Shown here: piece after piece, positions 38,668 through 50,175 of the stretch
Layout: each line of letters starts with the position of its first letter
Position numbering within the stretch: position 1 is the stretch's first letter
NCBI GenBank assembly: GCA_024679065.1
Contig: JAGIQG010000003.1
Coordinates: 57,846,001 to 57,910,000, forward strand
Direction of reading: 5' to 3'
DNA: 64,000 nt
From: Sphyrna mokarran
Taxonomy: Eukaryota
Program-made: the position numbers and the translations under genes
Notes under the pieces: generated by a model
What the model was told of the DNA's origin: nothing
Databases searched by the model: none
Seen by the model: only the letters and a program-made list of their open reading frames with translations

Positions 38668-38825
38668 TGTACTAAGGGAGTGCTGTATTGTGGAAACTAT
38701 CATTTCTCAGATGAAGAATTAAACCAGGCTTGCCCAGATCTATTGAGGTGATTATGAAGGATTGCATAGCACAGCGCAGAGAATATGGGTGTTACCAACA
38801 AAGTCAGCATTTATTACCCATCTCT
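38668..38825 (+). mobile_element. Deu-domain SINE remnant
   Basis: TACTAAGGGAGTGCTGTATTG...TCAGATGAAGAATTAAACCAGG resembles the recalled Deu-domain core. Confidence 0.5.
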
Positions 38826-39862
38826 ATTTTCAGAAGGGAAAATCTGAGGTATGGTGTTGTACCAAATCACAACCAGCAAGTGGCACCATTGTGCTAGGTA
38901 ACCACTGTCTTCAGAAACTGCATCAAAGCCAGTGCAGAGCCCTTCACCAAGAGCAGTGCAGTGTAACAGGATCCAAAGGGAGTGTGCTCAGAAAACTTTA
39001 TACAATCTGAATGACAGCATATGATCAGCAATTGCAACTTACAACTGGCTTGTTTGCCAAGTGTCAGACAGAAACATCAGAGGCTGTGGGACGGGAACAC
39101 CTGGCAAGATCAAATCTGACTGAACCAACTCATCTCCCTGAGCCAGGGAATCAAATAACTTCTACAAAATGAACAAGAGATCACAACAAAGCAATAAGTG
39201 GGATTCATACTGAGTTCCTCATGTTGAGAGAAACATTTCAGGGTACTCCCTGATGCAGCGGACAGATGAATGAACAGCAAGGGCAGCTAGAATGGAACTT
39301 AGGAGCATGGGCAGGTGAAGGCTTTGTGAAGTTAGGTACAGCAGAGGTTAGATAGAGAAGGCTGGGGCAAGTGCTGAAGAGAGTCTGAATGGACGGTTTT
39401 GGGACAAAGCCAAGCAGACATTTGGATAATAAGGACGAAGATTTTTAAGTTGATGTAATGGGTTTGTTAAGAGCTTGAATGACGGGGGACACAGCGAGGA
39501 GGAAAGGGCTTTGAGCGAGTAATGATGCACACAGAAGCGTTATAAACATGGTATCATCACGATCAATTGCAACCTTGATGTCATACTTGATCTCAAGGTG
39601 ACCCTTCCATCATGTATCCACTCTGGCATTAATACTGTCCTGTTTTCAGATGCACAACATTGCCTGACTCTGTTCCTACCTCAGCTAGTTTGCTACTGAA
39701 ACTTTCAATCATGCATTTATTATCTTGAGATTTGACTATCCTATTGTTCACCTGACCATTCTCCCATCTTCCACACTTCTTAAACTTCACCTCATTCCAA
39801 GAACTGTTGCCCATATCCTCACACCAAATCCAACTTACTCATCACCTTGGTACTCACTGATC

Positions 39863-41040
39863 CGAATCACTGAATCTCAGAATTGCTGCAATGCAGATGG
39901 AGGCCATTTAACCCATTATGTCCACACCAGCTCTCTGAATGAATAATTCTTTTAGTGCGATTCCTCTGGCTTCTCACTATAACCCTGCACATTCTTCCCT
40001 TTCCAATAACAGTTTAATCTCTCTTGAATGTTTCAGTGGAACCTGCCTCCACCACATTCCCAGACAATGCATTCTAAGCTCCAACAATTGGCTGTATAAA
40101 AATGTTTCTCCTTTTGCTTCTTTTACTAATTATGTTAAATCTGTACCCCCTCATTCTCAATTCCTTCATGAGTGGGATCAATTTCGCCCTACCTACTTTG
40201 TCCTAATCCCTCTCAGCCTTCTTTTCTCCAAGGAATACGGTCCCGACTTCTCCAACTTATTTTCATTACTAAAATTCCACATTTCAGGGACATTTTTCAT
40301 GCATCTTTTCTGCATTCTCCCCTATGCCTGTACATCCTTCCCAAAGTGTGGCATCCAGAACTCAATGTAATACTCCAGCTGAGGCCAACCTAGTGACTTA
40401 TGCAAGTTCAACATAAACTCCTTATTGCTGTGCTCTATTCCCCAATGAATAAAGCCCAGCATTCTGTATACTTATTACCTGCCCTGTCACCTTCAATGGC
40501 TTAAGCACAAATACGCCCCAATCCCTCTGCTCCTTCCCCCCTCTAGACCTGTATCCCCTGTTTTATGCTCTATCTCCGTGGATGTTTTTTACACAGAGGA
40601 TGGTGGGTGCCTGGAATGCACTGCCAAGTAGGGTGGTGGAGGCAGACACATTGGCATCGTTTAAGACTTTCCTGGGTAGTCACATGAGCAGACTGGGAAT
40701 GGAGGGATACAAATGAATGGTCTGGTTGGACCAATGAGCGGCACAGGCTTGGAGGGCTGAAGGGCCTGGTTCCTGTGCTGTACTGTTTTTTGTTCTTTCG
40801 TTCTTTGTTCTTTTGATCAAAATGAATCACATCACATATCTCCGCATCGAACGTGGTCTATAACCTACCCATCAAATCCCTTTTGAAGTTCTAAAACATA
40901 CCCCTCACAGTTCACATTGCCTCTAAATTTCTTTTAATCATCTGCAAACTTTGAAATGGTGTCCTGCACACCAAAGTCTAGGTCGTTCATATATGTCAGG
41001 AGAAGGTCCTAAAATTGACAACTCGGGAACTCCTCTTGTT
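39863..41040 (-). mobile_element. CR1 LINE 3' portion with an opposite-strand CR1 3' end nested at ~40572-40812
   Basis: Minus strand GVPELSILGP, KFADD, IHFDQKN; the nested piece has a CR1 3' UTR and (TTCTTTG)n tail on +. Confidence 0.8.
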
Positions 41041-41489
41041 GGGGAAACCATACCTCCATGAATTATCTTTTCTTTTAATTTGGAAGGATGTTGTGTTATT
41101 TGGAGACCTGGATTCTTTTTAAAGAGGATCATGCATTCACCTTGGACCATCAGCAAGCATGCCTTTTGTAGGGAATCACATCATTCTGAACAGCAGGTCC
41201 CTTGAAGGGGGAGAGCTATATGAACTGCAATGATTTTAATTACTGAGAGAAAAGTGGTTTGAAAGCAAAGGCTTGGTGGTTTATTGGAAATCATCTGATA
41301 GAGGAAATATAAGTTTTCAATCTTTTTTTAAACTCAGTTTTAGGGAATAAGCTGAGAAGGAAAGCTGCCTTGCAGCCAGAGAGGCTTCATCTGAGTATAA
41401 CTTTCTGCATTTGGAAATCTGCAAAACTGACCAAGAAGAATTGATCCAGCTTTATATCTGCCTGCATGCCCAAGCTCCATTTGGGGGAC

Positions 41490-41860
41490 ATGATGGGCTG
41501 GTGGTTTTTACTAGACTATTAATCCAGAAACTCAGCTAATGTTCTGGGACCCAGGTTCAAATCCTGCAACTAGCAGATAGTGGAATTTCAATTTAATAAA
41601 AATATCTGGAATTAAAAATCTACTGATGCCAGTAAGCCATTGTCAATCGTCAGAAATTCTCTCTTGTTCACTAATGTCCTTTAGAAAAGGAAATCTGCTG
41701 TCCTTTCCTGGTCTGACCTACATGTGACTCCAGAGCCACAGCAGTGTGGTTGACTCTCAACTGCTGTCTGAAATGGCCTAGCAAACCATTCGGTTCAAGG
41801 GCAACTAGGGATGGGCAATAAAAGCTGGCCAGCCAGCAACACCTATGGCCCACAAATTAA
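41490..41860 (+). mobile_element. tRNA-derived SINE with LINE-like 3' tail
   Basis: B-box GGTTCAAATCC; 3' end AGGGCAACTAGGGATGGGCAATAAAAGCTGGCC resembles the 3' end of the LINE at 14475-14550 (reverse complement). Confidence 0.7.
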
Positions 41861-42254
41861 TTTTAAAAATCCCTATTTATATCTGAGGGAGCTCTAGATT
41901 GCCAGTATGGAAACCATTGAATTTTATGCTTTAAAAAGCCTATTCTCCAAAATCCACCTCTGCAGAGTCTCTTCTGTCCTTTGTTTGTTTGCCTGTGTGG
42001 GCATGCTAGAGCACTCTGATAGACAAGGGAATTGTTTCTGATAGACAAGGGAATTAAGGGTTATGGGGAGAAAACGGGAAATGGAACTGATCCACTTCAG
42101 ATCAGCCATGATCTTTTGAATGGTGGGCAGGCTCAAAAGGCTAGACGGCCTACTCCTGCTCCTATTTCTTATGTTCTTCTTTTGTTATGTTTTTTACTTT
42201 TAAAAACAGGTAGATAGTTGTACTTCCAGAATACAATTGTTCATGTATTCTGGA

Positions 42255-43152
42255 AGATGAGTGGAAAAGCAAATTGCGTGGAAGGTGTGGAAAGCCTGCA
42301 GAGGGATTTGGATAGGTTGAGTGAGTGGGCGAGGACCTGGCAGATGGAGTATAATGTTAGCAAGTGTGGGGTTATCCACTTCGGTAAAAATAATGGTAGG
42401 AAGGATTATTATTTAAATAGCGAAAAGCTGCAACATGCAACGGTGCAGAGGGACCTGGGGGTCCTTGTGCACGAATCGCAAAAACACAGTATGCAGGTGC
42501 AGCAGGTGATTAAGAAGGTGAATGCAATGTTGGCCTTTACAGCTAAAGGGATAGAATACAAAAGTAGGGAGGTTCTGTTGCAGCTGTATAGGGTGCTGGT
42601 GAAACAGCAGCTGGAGTACCGTGTGCAGTTTTGGTCGCCGCATTCGAGGAAGGATATATTGACCTTGGAGGGGTTTACTAGGCTGATACCAGAGATGAGG
42701 GCGTTGGATTATGAGGAGAGACTGAATAGGCTAGGTTTGTACTCTTTGGAGTTTAGAAGGCTGAGAAGGGATCTTATAGAGATGTATAAGATAATGAAGG
42801 GGATGGATAGGGTAGAGGTTGAGAGACTCTTCCCGCTTAACAAAGATAGCAGGACTAGAGGGCACAGTGTCAAGATTAAGGGGGGGGAGCTGTTCAGATT
42901 GGAGATGCGGAGGGGTTTCTTCACACAAAGCGTGGTGAATCTTTAGAATTCTCTGCCTGATGGGGTGGTGGAGGCTTCCTCACTGAATATGTTCAAGTCA
43001 AGAGTGGATAGGTTTTTAATTGACAAGGGAATTAAGGGTTACGGGAGAAAGCGGGAAAGTGGTACTGAACCACTACAGATCAGCCATGATCTTATTGAAT
43101 GGCAGGGCAGGCTCAAGGGGCTATATGGCCTACTCCTGCTCCTGTTCTTATG
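42255..43152 (+). mobile_element. Young CR1 3' fragment (open RT C-terminal frame)
   Basis: ORF 42218-42946: LQRDLDRLSEWARTWQMEYNVSKC...RDLGVLV...LYSLEFRRLRRDL; an extra 3' UTR copy lies at ~42003-42180. Confidence 0.9.
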
Positions 43153-43324
43153 TAGCAGCTGATGCAACTTGTTTTAAAAAATAAGTTTTGTTTTATAATA
43201 ACTCAATTACTCTGAGTTTATTAAAAGAAGCCCTGTTAAAGTCTCTTTTCTTCTGGGTCTAACACCAGTGAAGATAAATAATTGGCCATTTTGGTAAGTG
43301 CATTAAACATTTAAGTTGATGGTG

Positions 43325-44070
43325 TAATAATGGGATGAAGGAGTACAATATAAGGAGTAGGAGTCTTAGCTGTGTTGCAGACCAGAAGGATCTCGGGGTC
43401 CGGGTCCATAGGACTCTTAAATCGGCCTCGCAGGTGGACGAAGTGGTCAAGAAGGCGTACGATGTACTGGCCTTCATTAATCGAGGAATAGAGTTTAGGA
43501 GTCAGGAGGTAATGATGCAGCTCTATAAGACTCTTGTCAGACCCCAGCTGGAGTATTGTGCGCAGTTCTGGTCGCCTCATTATAGGAAGGATGTAGAGGC
43601 TATTGAGAGAGTTCAGAGGAGATTTACAAGGATGCTGCCTGTATTGGGAGGCAGGCCTTATGAAGATAGGTTGAGGGAGCTGGGACTCTTCTCACTGGAG
43701 AGACGTAGGTTGAGAGTCGACCTGATAGAGGTTTATAAAATGTTGAGAGGAATAGATAGGGTGGACTCTCAGAGACTATTTCCCCGAGCTGAAATGGTCA
43801 CTACGAGAGGACACAGATTTAAGGTGCAGGGAAACAAATACAAAGGAGATGTCAGGGGTAGGTTTTCACCCAGAGGGTGGTGAGTGAATGGAACCGAATG
43901 CCGTCAGAGGTTGTTGAGGCAAACTCACTGGGGTCTTTTAAGAGACTTCTGGATGAGTATATGGAAAAGAATAGGATAGGGGGTTATAGATAGGTCTGTG
44001 GATTGGTAGATGTGATTGGCGCAACTCGTGGGCCGAAGGGCCTGTTTGTGCTGTATTGTTCTATGTTCTA
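43325..44070 (+). mobile_element. CR1 3' fragment, second subfamily
   Basis: ORF 43335-43883: KDLGVRV...LYKTLVRPQLEYCAQFWSP...FSLERRRLRVDL; TGTTCTA tail. Confidence 0.9.
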
Positions 44071-44814
44071 TGTGCGACATGTGGAGCTGTGGGGCTAGAT
44101 TAACAGTGCACTCCTCCCATCCCAGCAGTAACACATAGATCTCTCTCCAGACTGAAAAATATCCATTCACCATTGCTCTCTGTTTTCTATCACTCAGCCA
44201 ATTTCAATTCTGTGTTGCTACTTTTCCTTTTATTCAATGAGCTATAATTTTGCTCACAAGTCTATTGTGTGGTGTTATTTCAAACACTTTTTAGAACTCC
44301 ACGTGTGCCACAACAATGTTATTGGCCTCATGAATCCTCTCTGTAAGCTCTTCAAAAATTTCCACATATTAGTTAAATCCAATTTTCTCTCGACAAATCC
44401 ATGCTGGCTCTCCTTAATTAAGCCACATTTATTCGTGTGACGGAGAGAATAAGTAATTGGAAGATATGTAATTTGTAGTGCTGGTAAAATTGGAGCTGTA
44501 GACTGCTGTGTGGCATAATGTAGTGACTGTCGCTTTAAGGATGAATCTGTAAAGGTGACATAACCTATAGGAACAAATTGAGAAGCACCCTGATAAACAT
44601 GGGCTTTTGTAGTTAGAGTAATCTCAGCAGGTGATGGCAGCCACAAAGCTGAAAGCCTCTGTGCAGTTTTAATCTATGAATAAATTAGTTATGTTTTCCC
44701 TGATGAACGAGCATCTTTACATTTGGTGGCAAAGATTAAAAAAATGATCCTCAAAGTATCAAGTTTATGTTGAAGTTGAGTGAAGTTGATAAAGTTGAAA
44801 TTGATGTACTTACT

Positions 44815-47070
44815 GAGATGCCCCTCTTTGGATGGACAGATCCATTGGACGCAATACAAAAAGTGTTTGGGTATTACTTCCAAGTGAGGGGCAAAGCATA
44901 AGGCAATTCTCCTAACTGCGTGCAAAATCTGATTCAGTCTACAGACCCAAGCATACCAACTCCAAATCTTTCAGCGAGTTTGTGGAATTGGTAAAGTCAC
45001 ATTTCCAGCCTAACCTATAAATTATACTCCAGAGATTCAAGTTTAATTCAAGGCAAGAGTCTCAGTCAAAATGATTGTGACTTGTATCACTGAATTGAAA
45101 CAACAGATATTGGAGTATTGTGATTTTAGAATCACCTTGTATGAGATGTTATGGGACAGATTAGTCTGCGGGGTGAATAATGAGACGATTCAACAGAGAT
45201 CACTTGCAAAGGTTGATATAAATTTTAATTGAGCAATGAAGATATCGCAGGTAATGGACAACATTGAAAAAGGTGCACAAGATTACATAAAGTGGCATTG
45301 TTTACAAGTTATGTGAGAACCTGCAATCAGAAATGGTATCAAAACCAAAGAAATAGCCAGGAGGTTTTGTCACAAATAAGACAAGAAGATTTAGAAGAGG
45401 CAATCCATCACCAAAGTTAAAGTAGAATGTTACGGCTCCCCTGAATTCTGCAGGTACTTTTTTTTGTCATAGGAGAAGCCACTTAGGACATAGATATAGA
45501 ACCAAGTCAATTCTATTGAGTAACTGATTAAATAATGACCATCAGTATATAATATGGAAGAGTCTACTACAAATAATTTAAATATTCACTCACTATTTAA
45601 TATAAAAGTAGGCAAGATCACCCCTATTACTGTAATGCTCCAGTAAAAGGGAAGATGGAAGTTAATACAGGGGCATTAGGGGCATTAGGAGCATTCATAT
45701 TGGTACTTGAGAGAAGGAGTTCAACAACTGAAGTTGAAGAGTACTGTGGCCAAATTAACAACTTACACTGGAAAAACAGTAAAAATATTCGGTACTGCAA
45801 TCTCATCTGTAAGCCATGGACAGCGGTTTGCCAAACTCCCACTGATTTTCATGACAGGTAAAGGGCTAAGCATTCTCAGCTACGACTGGCTTAAGGAACT
45901 CAAGTTAAATAGAAATAAGATTTTCCAAATGTGGGAAGGAAACTGCTCAAACTGATGAAGAAATACAAGAGCATCTTCAAAAATCAATTAGACAAAAATA
46001 AAAGGCTTGTAAGCGAAGATCTATGTGGATCCAGAAGCGACACCTTGATTATTTTCGGCATGACCAGTGCCATATGTTTTCTGAGACAAAATAGATACTG
46101 AATTAAAGTGTTTGGAAAAACTGGGCATTATCCAACCAGTTCAGTCCTTAGAATGGGTACCTGTACTGAAACTGGACAAGACCATCCTCATTTGTTGTGA
46201 TTACAAGCTCACAGGGCTGCCAGGTTGGATGAATATCCAATCCTAAAGATTGACGATCTGAATGCAAAACTGGTTTGCGGTTAATCTTATACAAAGCTGG
46301 ATTTGAGACACACATAACAGTAACTCAAATTAGGCAATGCTTTCCGAGGTTCTGTCACAATAAACACATATGAAGCTTTATTGCAATACACCTGTTTTTC
46401 CTTTTATGTGTTTTCAGCTATGCAACTTTACAGAGGGCTGCAGGAGTTGCCACAAGGTGTGGAATACCTTGATGATGAATTCATAACTGGATCGACAGAA
46501 TTCAAACATCTAGCAATCTTAGATGAGGTGTAAACAGATTTCAAGAGGCTGGACAGTGCCTCAATGAGTAGAAATTTACTTTTCAACCCGCTGAGGTAGC
46601 CTACCTGGGGTAATGTTTAGATGCTCGAGTATTACACTCCATGGAAGACAAGGTCAAGCAATAAAAGAGGCATCAGCCCCCAAAAACACATCTGAGTTCA
46701 AGTCATTTTTGGGAATGGTAAATTGCTATGGGTGTTTTTTTTTACCAAATTTGTCAATGTTATTGGCCCCATTGCATATTCTGCAAATAATTGTCAGTGT
46801 TAGTCTTGCAAGGCCCCCCAGAAAAAAGCTTTCAGCAGAGTGAAATAATTGCTGCATTCTTCAATTTGTCAGCACATTTTGACCAGTCTAAGGAACTGTG
46901 ATATCTCTTCATAAGGTGTTGCTGCTGTGTTGCCCCATGAGATAGATGACAGATCTGAAAGGCCCATATCTCGAGAACCCTCTCAGAGTCTGAAAATGGC
47001 TACTCACAAATTGAGAGAGACGGGTTACCAACAGTTTTTGGTGTCAAGGAATTCCACCAGTATGTGTACT
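44815..47070 (+). mobile_element. Gypsy/Ty3 remnant (gag-PR-RT-RNase H)
   Basis: Decayed LWDRLVCG (gag), KLTTYTG...DWLKELKL (protease region), YPILKIDDL, YTKLDL, YLDDE, APKNTSEFKSFLGMVN, YSQIERDG...FGVKEFHQYVY. Confidence 0.85.
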
Positions 47071-47534
47071 TGCCTCTGAGCAATTTTTGCTGGGAGACAG
47101 GTTTATATTGGCAAAGGCAGGGTTGCCAGGGCGGGGTTGCCAATCATTGAAAATGAAGTGCCCGACGTAGAGCAGAATGATAACACAGTTGGGATTTTTC
47201 TGACAGTAGATGCCTTATCCTTACGGAAAACCCATAAGGTGGTTGAGGGTGGCCTCACACTGAAGGTTGTGGAACCAGTGAAGCTTCACTAAAAGCCCCC
47301 TCACCCTCCCCCAAACTTCTCTGACTCACCTTGGCTTCCAGAAGCACAGCTGCAGCTAGGGGCCACATTGTGAAGCAACCCCATCCTCCACACTGATGGT
47401 CTTATTAAGGCTGTGGCCAAGTTTCATTTTATTAATTCTTTCATTCATCAGAAGTAGCTTCCAGCTTGAGATGCCCATGTCAATTCTTACCGACACTGAC
47501 AGCACACAGCTCTCCTGGTGGATTTGCTAGTTAT

Positions 47535-48343
47535 GATGTAGAGATGCTGGCGTTGGACTGGGGTAGTAAGAACTCAGTAAGAATCTAGCAACACCAATTT
47601 TAAATCCAACCGATTTATTTGATAGTAAATTTGCGAGCTTTTGACCTTTTGCCTTTGTCAGGCAAATGCAGTGTTCTGGTCTGCAATAGCACACATATCA
47701 ACACAGACAGTCACAGATTGCTGATTAGAATGCGAATTCTTACATCTAACCTGCTATTCAAGTGTTAAAGTGGCTAACAATGTGTGTGAAGGGAATCCTG
47801 AGCATTGGTTAGAGAATTGTGTATTTTCTCCAGACAGCACAGTAAGTGAGGTTTTTTGCTACCCCAGGCAAGTCACGGGGGTTACAGATAGTGTGACATG
47901 AAGCCAAGATCCCTGTTATGACCGTCCTCATGTGTGCGGAACTTGGCTATCAGTCTCTGCTCAACGACTCTGCGCTGTCGTGTGTCATGAAGGCCCCCTT
48001 GAAGAACATTTACCCGAAGGTCGGAGGCCGAGTGCCCATGACTGCTGAAGTGTTCGCCCACAGGAAGGGGACTGTTTTGCCTGGTGATTGTTGAGTGATG
48101 CTCATTCATCCGCTGTCGTAGTGTCTGCATGGTCTCCCCAATGTATCATGCTTCGGGACATCCTTTCTTGCAACGTTTTAGGTAGACAACGTTGGCCGAG
48201 TTGCAAGAGTATGTACCGTGTACCTGGTGAATGGTATCCTCACATTTGATAATGTCGTCCATGTCTATGATCCGGCATGTCTTGCAGAGGTTGCTGTGGC
48301 AGGGTTGTGTGGTATTGTGGTCACTGTTCTCCAAATGTTCTCC
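47535..48343 (-). mobile_element. Penelope-like element copy 3 (5'-truncated) with 13-bp TSD and extended 3' tail
   Basis: Highly similar to ~4030-4794; ATTTGCTAGTTAT at 47522-47534 and 48344-48356; HHR at 47629-47667 with decayed core. Confidence 0.93.
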
Positions 48344-49539
48344 ATTTGCTAGTTATCCATGGAATTGGGCATTCCCCAGTTTGCAAAGCCTGACCAAAGC
48401 CCCTAATTGGACAGGGCTTCTAAATACAGCCTGTTGAGTGGCCGCCTCTGGGAAGATTGCACAGGTAGGTGGATCTCAAACATCATTGGGGACACAGTCA
48501 GGAAATATTCCAAAAATCCTCTAAGGTGGCAGGATTTCACTCATGGGGTGGAAAACGTGATGGGATTGGAGTAGAGGATTAAAAAATCAATGGAATTACA
48601 GGGATCAGACAATCTATGACAATATAAAAAGGGCTGCAGATGACAAATATCACAGATAATTTGGCGAGATTTTGTGACCTCGCTCATCCTGAAACAATAA
48701 AAATTCTCCTGAGGTCACGGAGCTTTCCATTATCTGTCCCTCAGCCGCTCCGATTCCCATAGCGGCCGGGGTGGTGAAATTCTGGCCATTAGATACAAAT
48801 TTCCTTACTTGGCCGATTACAATAATCAGATGCCATGCCATGAGCCAAATGGCGATATGGCTTAACTCTAGACATTCATCACTATATTGTGAAAATTAAA
48901 CTGAAAATAAAGTCGACTGCAATCAAAATACATCTGCTACTTATTGGCACCTCAAAAACTCCCCACTGAGATTTTCCCCTGCTCTGTTTAAGATTGTGAC
49001 AGAACATTAAAAATGTACAAGGACAGGTGAAGTGAACGCTGCCAAGAACTTCGCAAGTGATTTCATCGTCCATATGTTCCTCCTTAGGACAATCCAGAGT
49101 GACAGAATTTATAATGGATTTGGACACACTGAGATGAAACTTTACTTGGCTACGTTGGCTGGCACTGTCTTGCAGTCTGTGTTAGGCTAAGCATCCAAAT
49201 AAGCCCACTTTACTTGCTTTATCACTGGTCCTGGAGTATGTGGTTACATTATAAACTAATTGAAAGCCCTGTAAGTTAAAAAAAAAGTTGAATCAGTATC
49301 GAATGGCAGCTGGATTTCTGCCAATTGTTTTGTACCCATAATTCTGATGGCTAAATTCCCAAGGACTGATATCTATCAGGTTTCACACTGAAATTCCTTT
49401 CTCTGTGTGAGGCTATCTGGAAAATGTGAAAATGTATATTGGATGCATCACTGTAGATTTCCAACCAGCAGTAAAGCAGTGCAGAGGTCAGCCTTATTTT
49501 AATTGTTGGTGAGCACGTGGCATGGAAAATGTATTCATT

Positions 49540-50175
49540 ATCAGTAAAACAAAGGAGGTAGTCATCAACTTCAGGAAACGTAGTGGAGGCCCTTGTCTAC
49601 ATCAATGGTGATGAAGTTGAAATGGTCAAGGGGTTCAAGTTTTTAGGTGTTGAAATCACCAACAACATGTCCTGGTCACTCCATGCCAACACTATAGCTA
49701 AGAAAGCCTACCAACAATTCAACTTTCTCAGAAGACTAAGGAAATTCAGCATGTCCGCTACAACTCTCGTCAATTCTTATAGATGCACCATAAAAAGCAT
49801 CCTTCCCGGATTTATCACAGCTCCTGTTCTGACCAAGACTGCAAGAAAAGGTTGTGAATGTAGTCCAGTCCACTGACTCCGTCTACACTTCCTGCTGTCT
49901 TGGGAAAGCAGCTAACAAAATCAAGGACCCCAGACATTCTCTCTTCCACCTTCTACTGTCAAAAAAACGAAACAAAAGTCTAAAGTCATGTACAAAGCGA
50001 CTCAAGAACAGCTTCTTCCCTGCTGCCATCAGACTTTTGAATGGAACTATCAGATATTAAGTTGATATTTCTCTACATCCTAGCTATGACTATATTCTGC
50101 ACTCTCTCGTTTCCTTCTCTCCTATATATTCTATGAACAGTATCCTTTGTCTGTACAGCACCCAAGAAACAGTCT
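49540..50175 (+). mobile_element. Rex1/Babar 3' fragment
   Basis: YINGDEVEMVKGFKFLGVEIT...KKAYQQFNFLRRLRKF, RLKNSFFPAAIRLLN. Confidence 0.85.

Noticed and set aside
42218-43883. 242-aa and 182-aa ORFs as host genes
   Set aside because: CR1 RT C-terminal fragments with LINE 3' UTRs.
49088-49190. Acceptor-like site followed by SDRIYNGFGHTEMKLYLATL (ITAM-like)
   Set aside because: Does not satisfy YxxL/I-x6-8-YxxL/I; no supporting gene structure.
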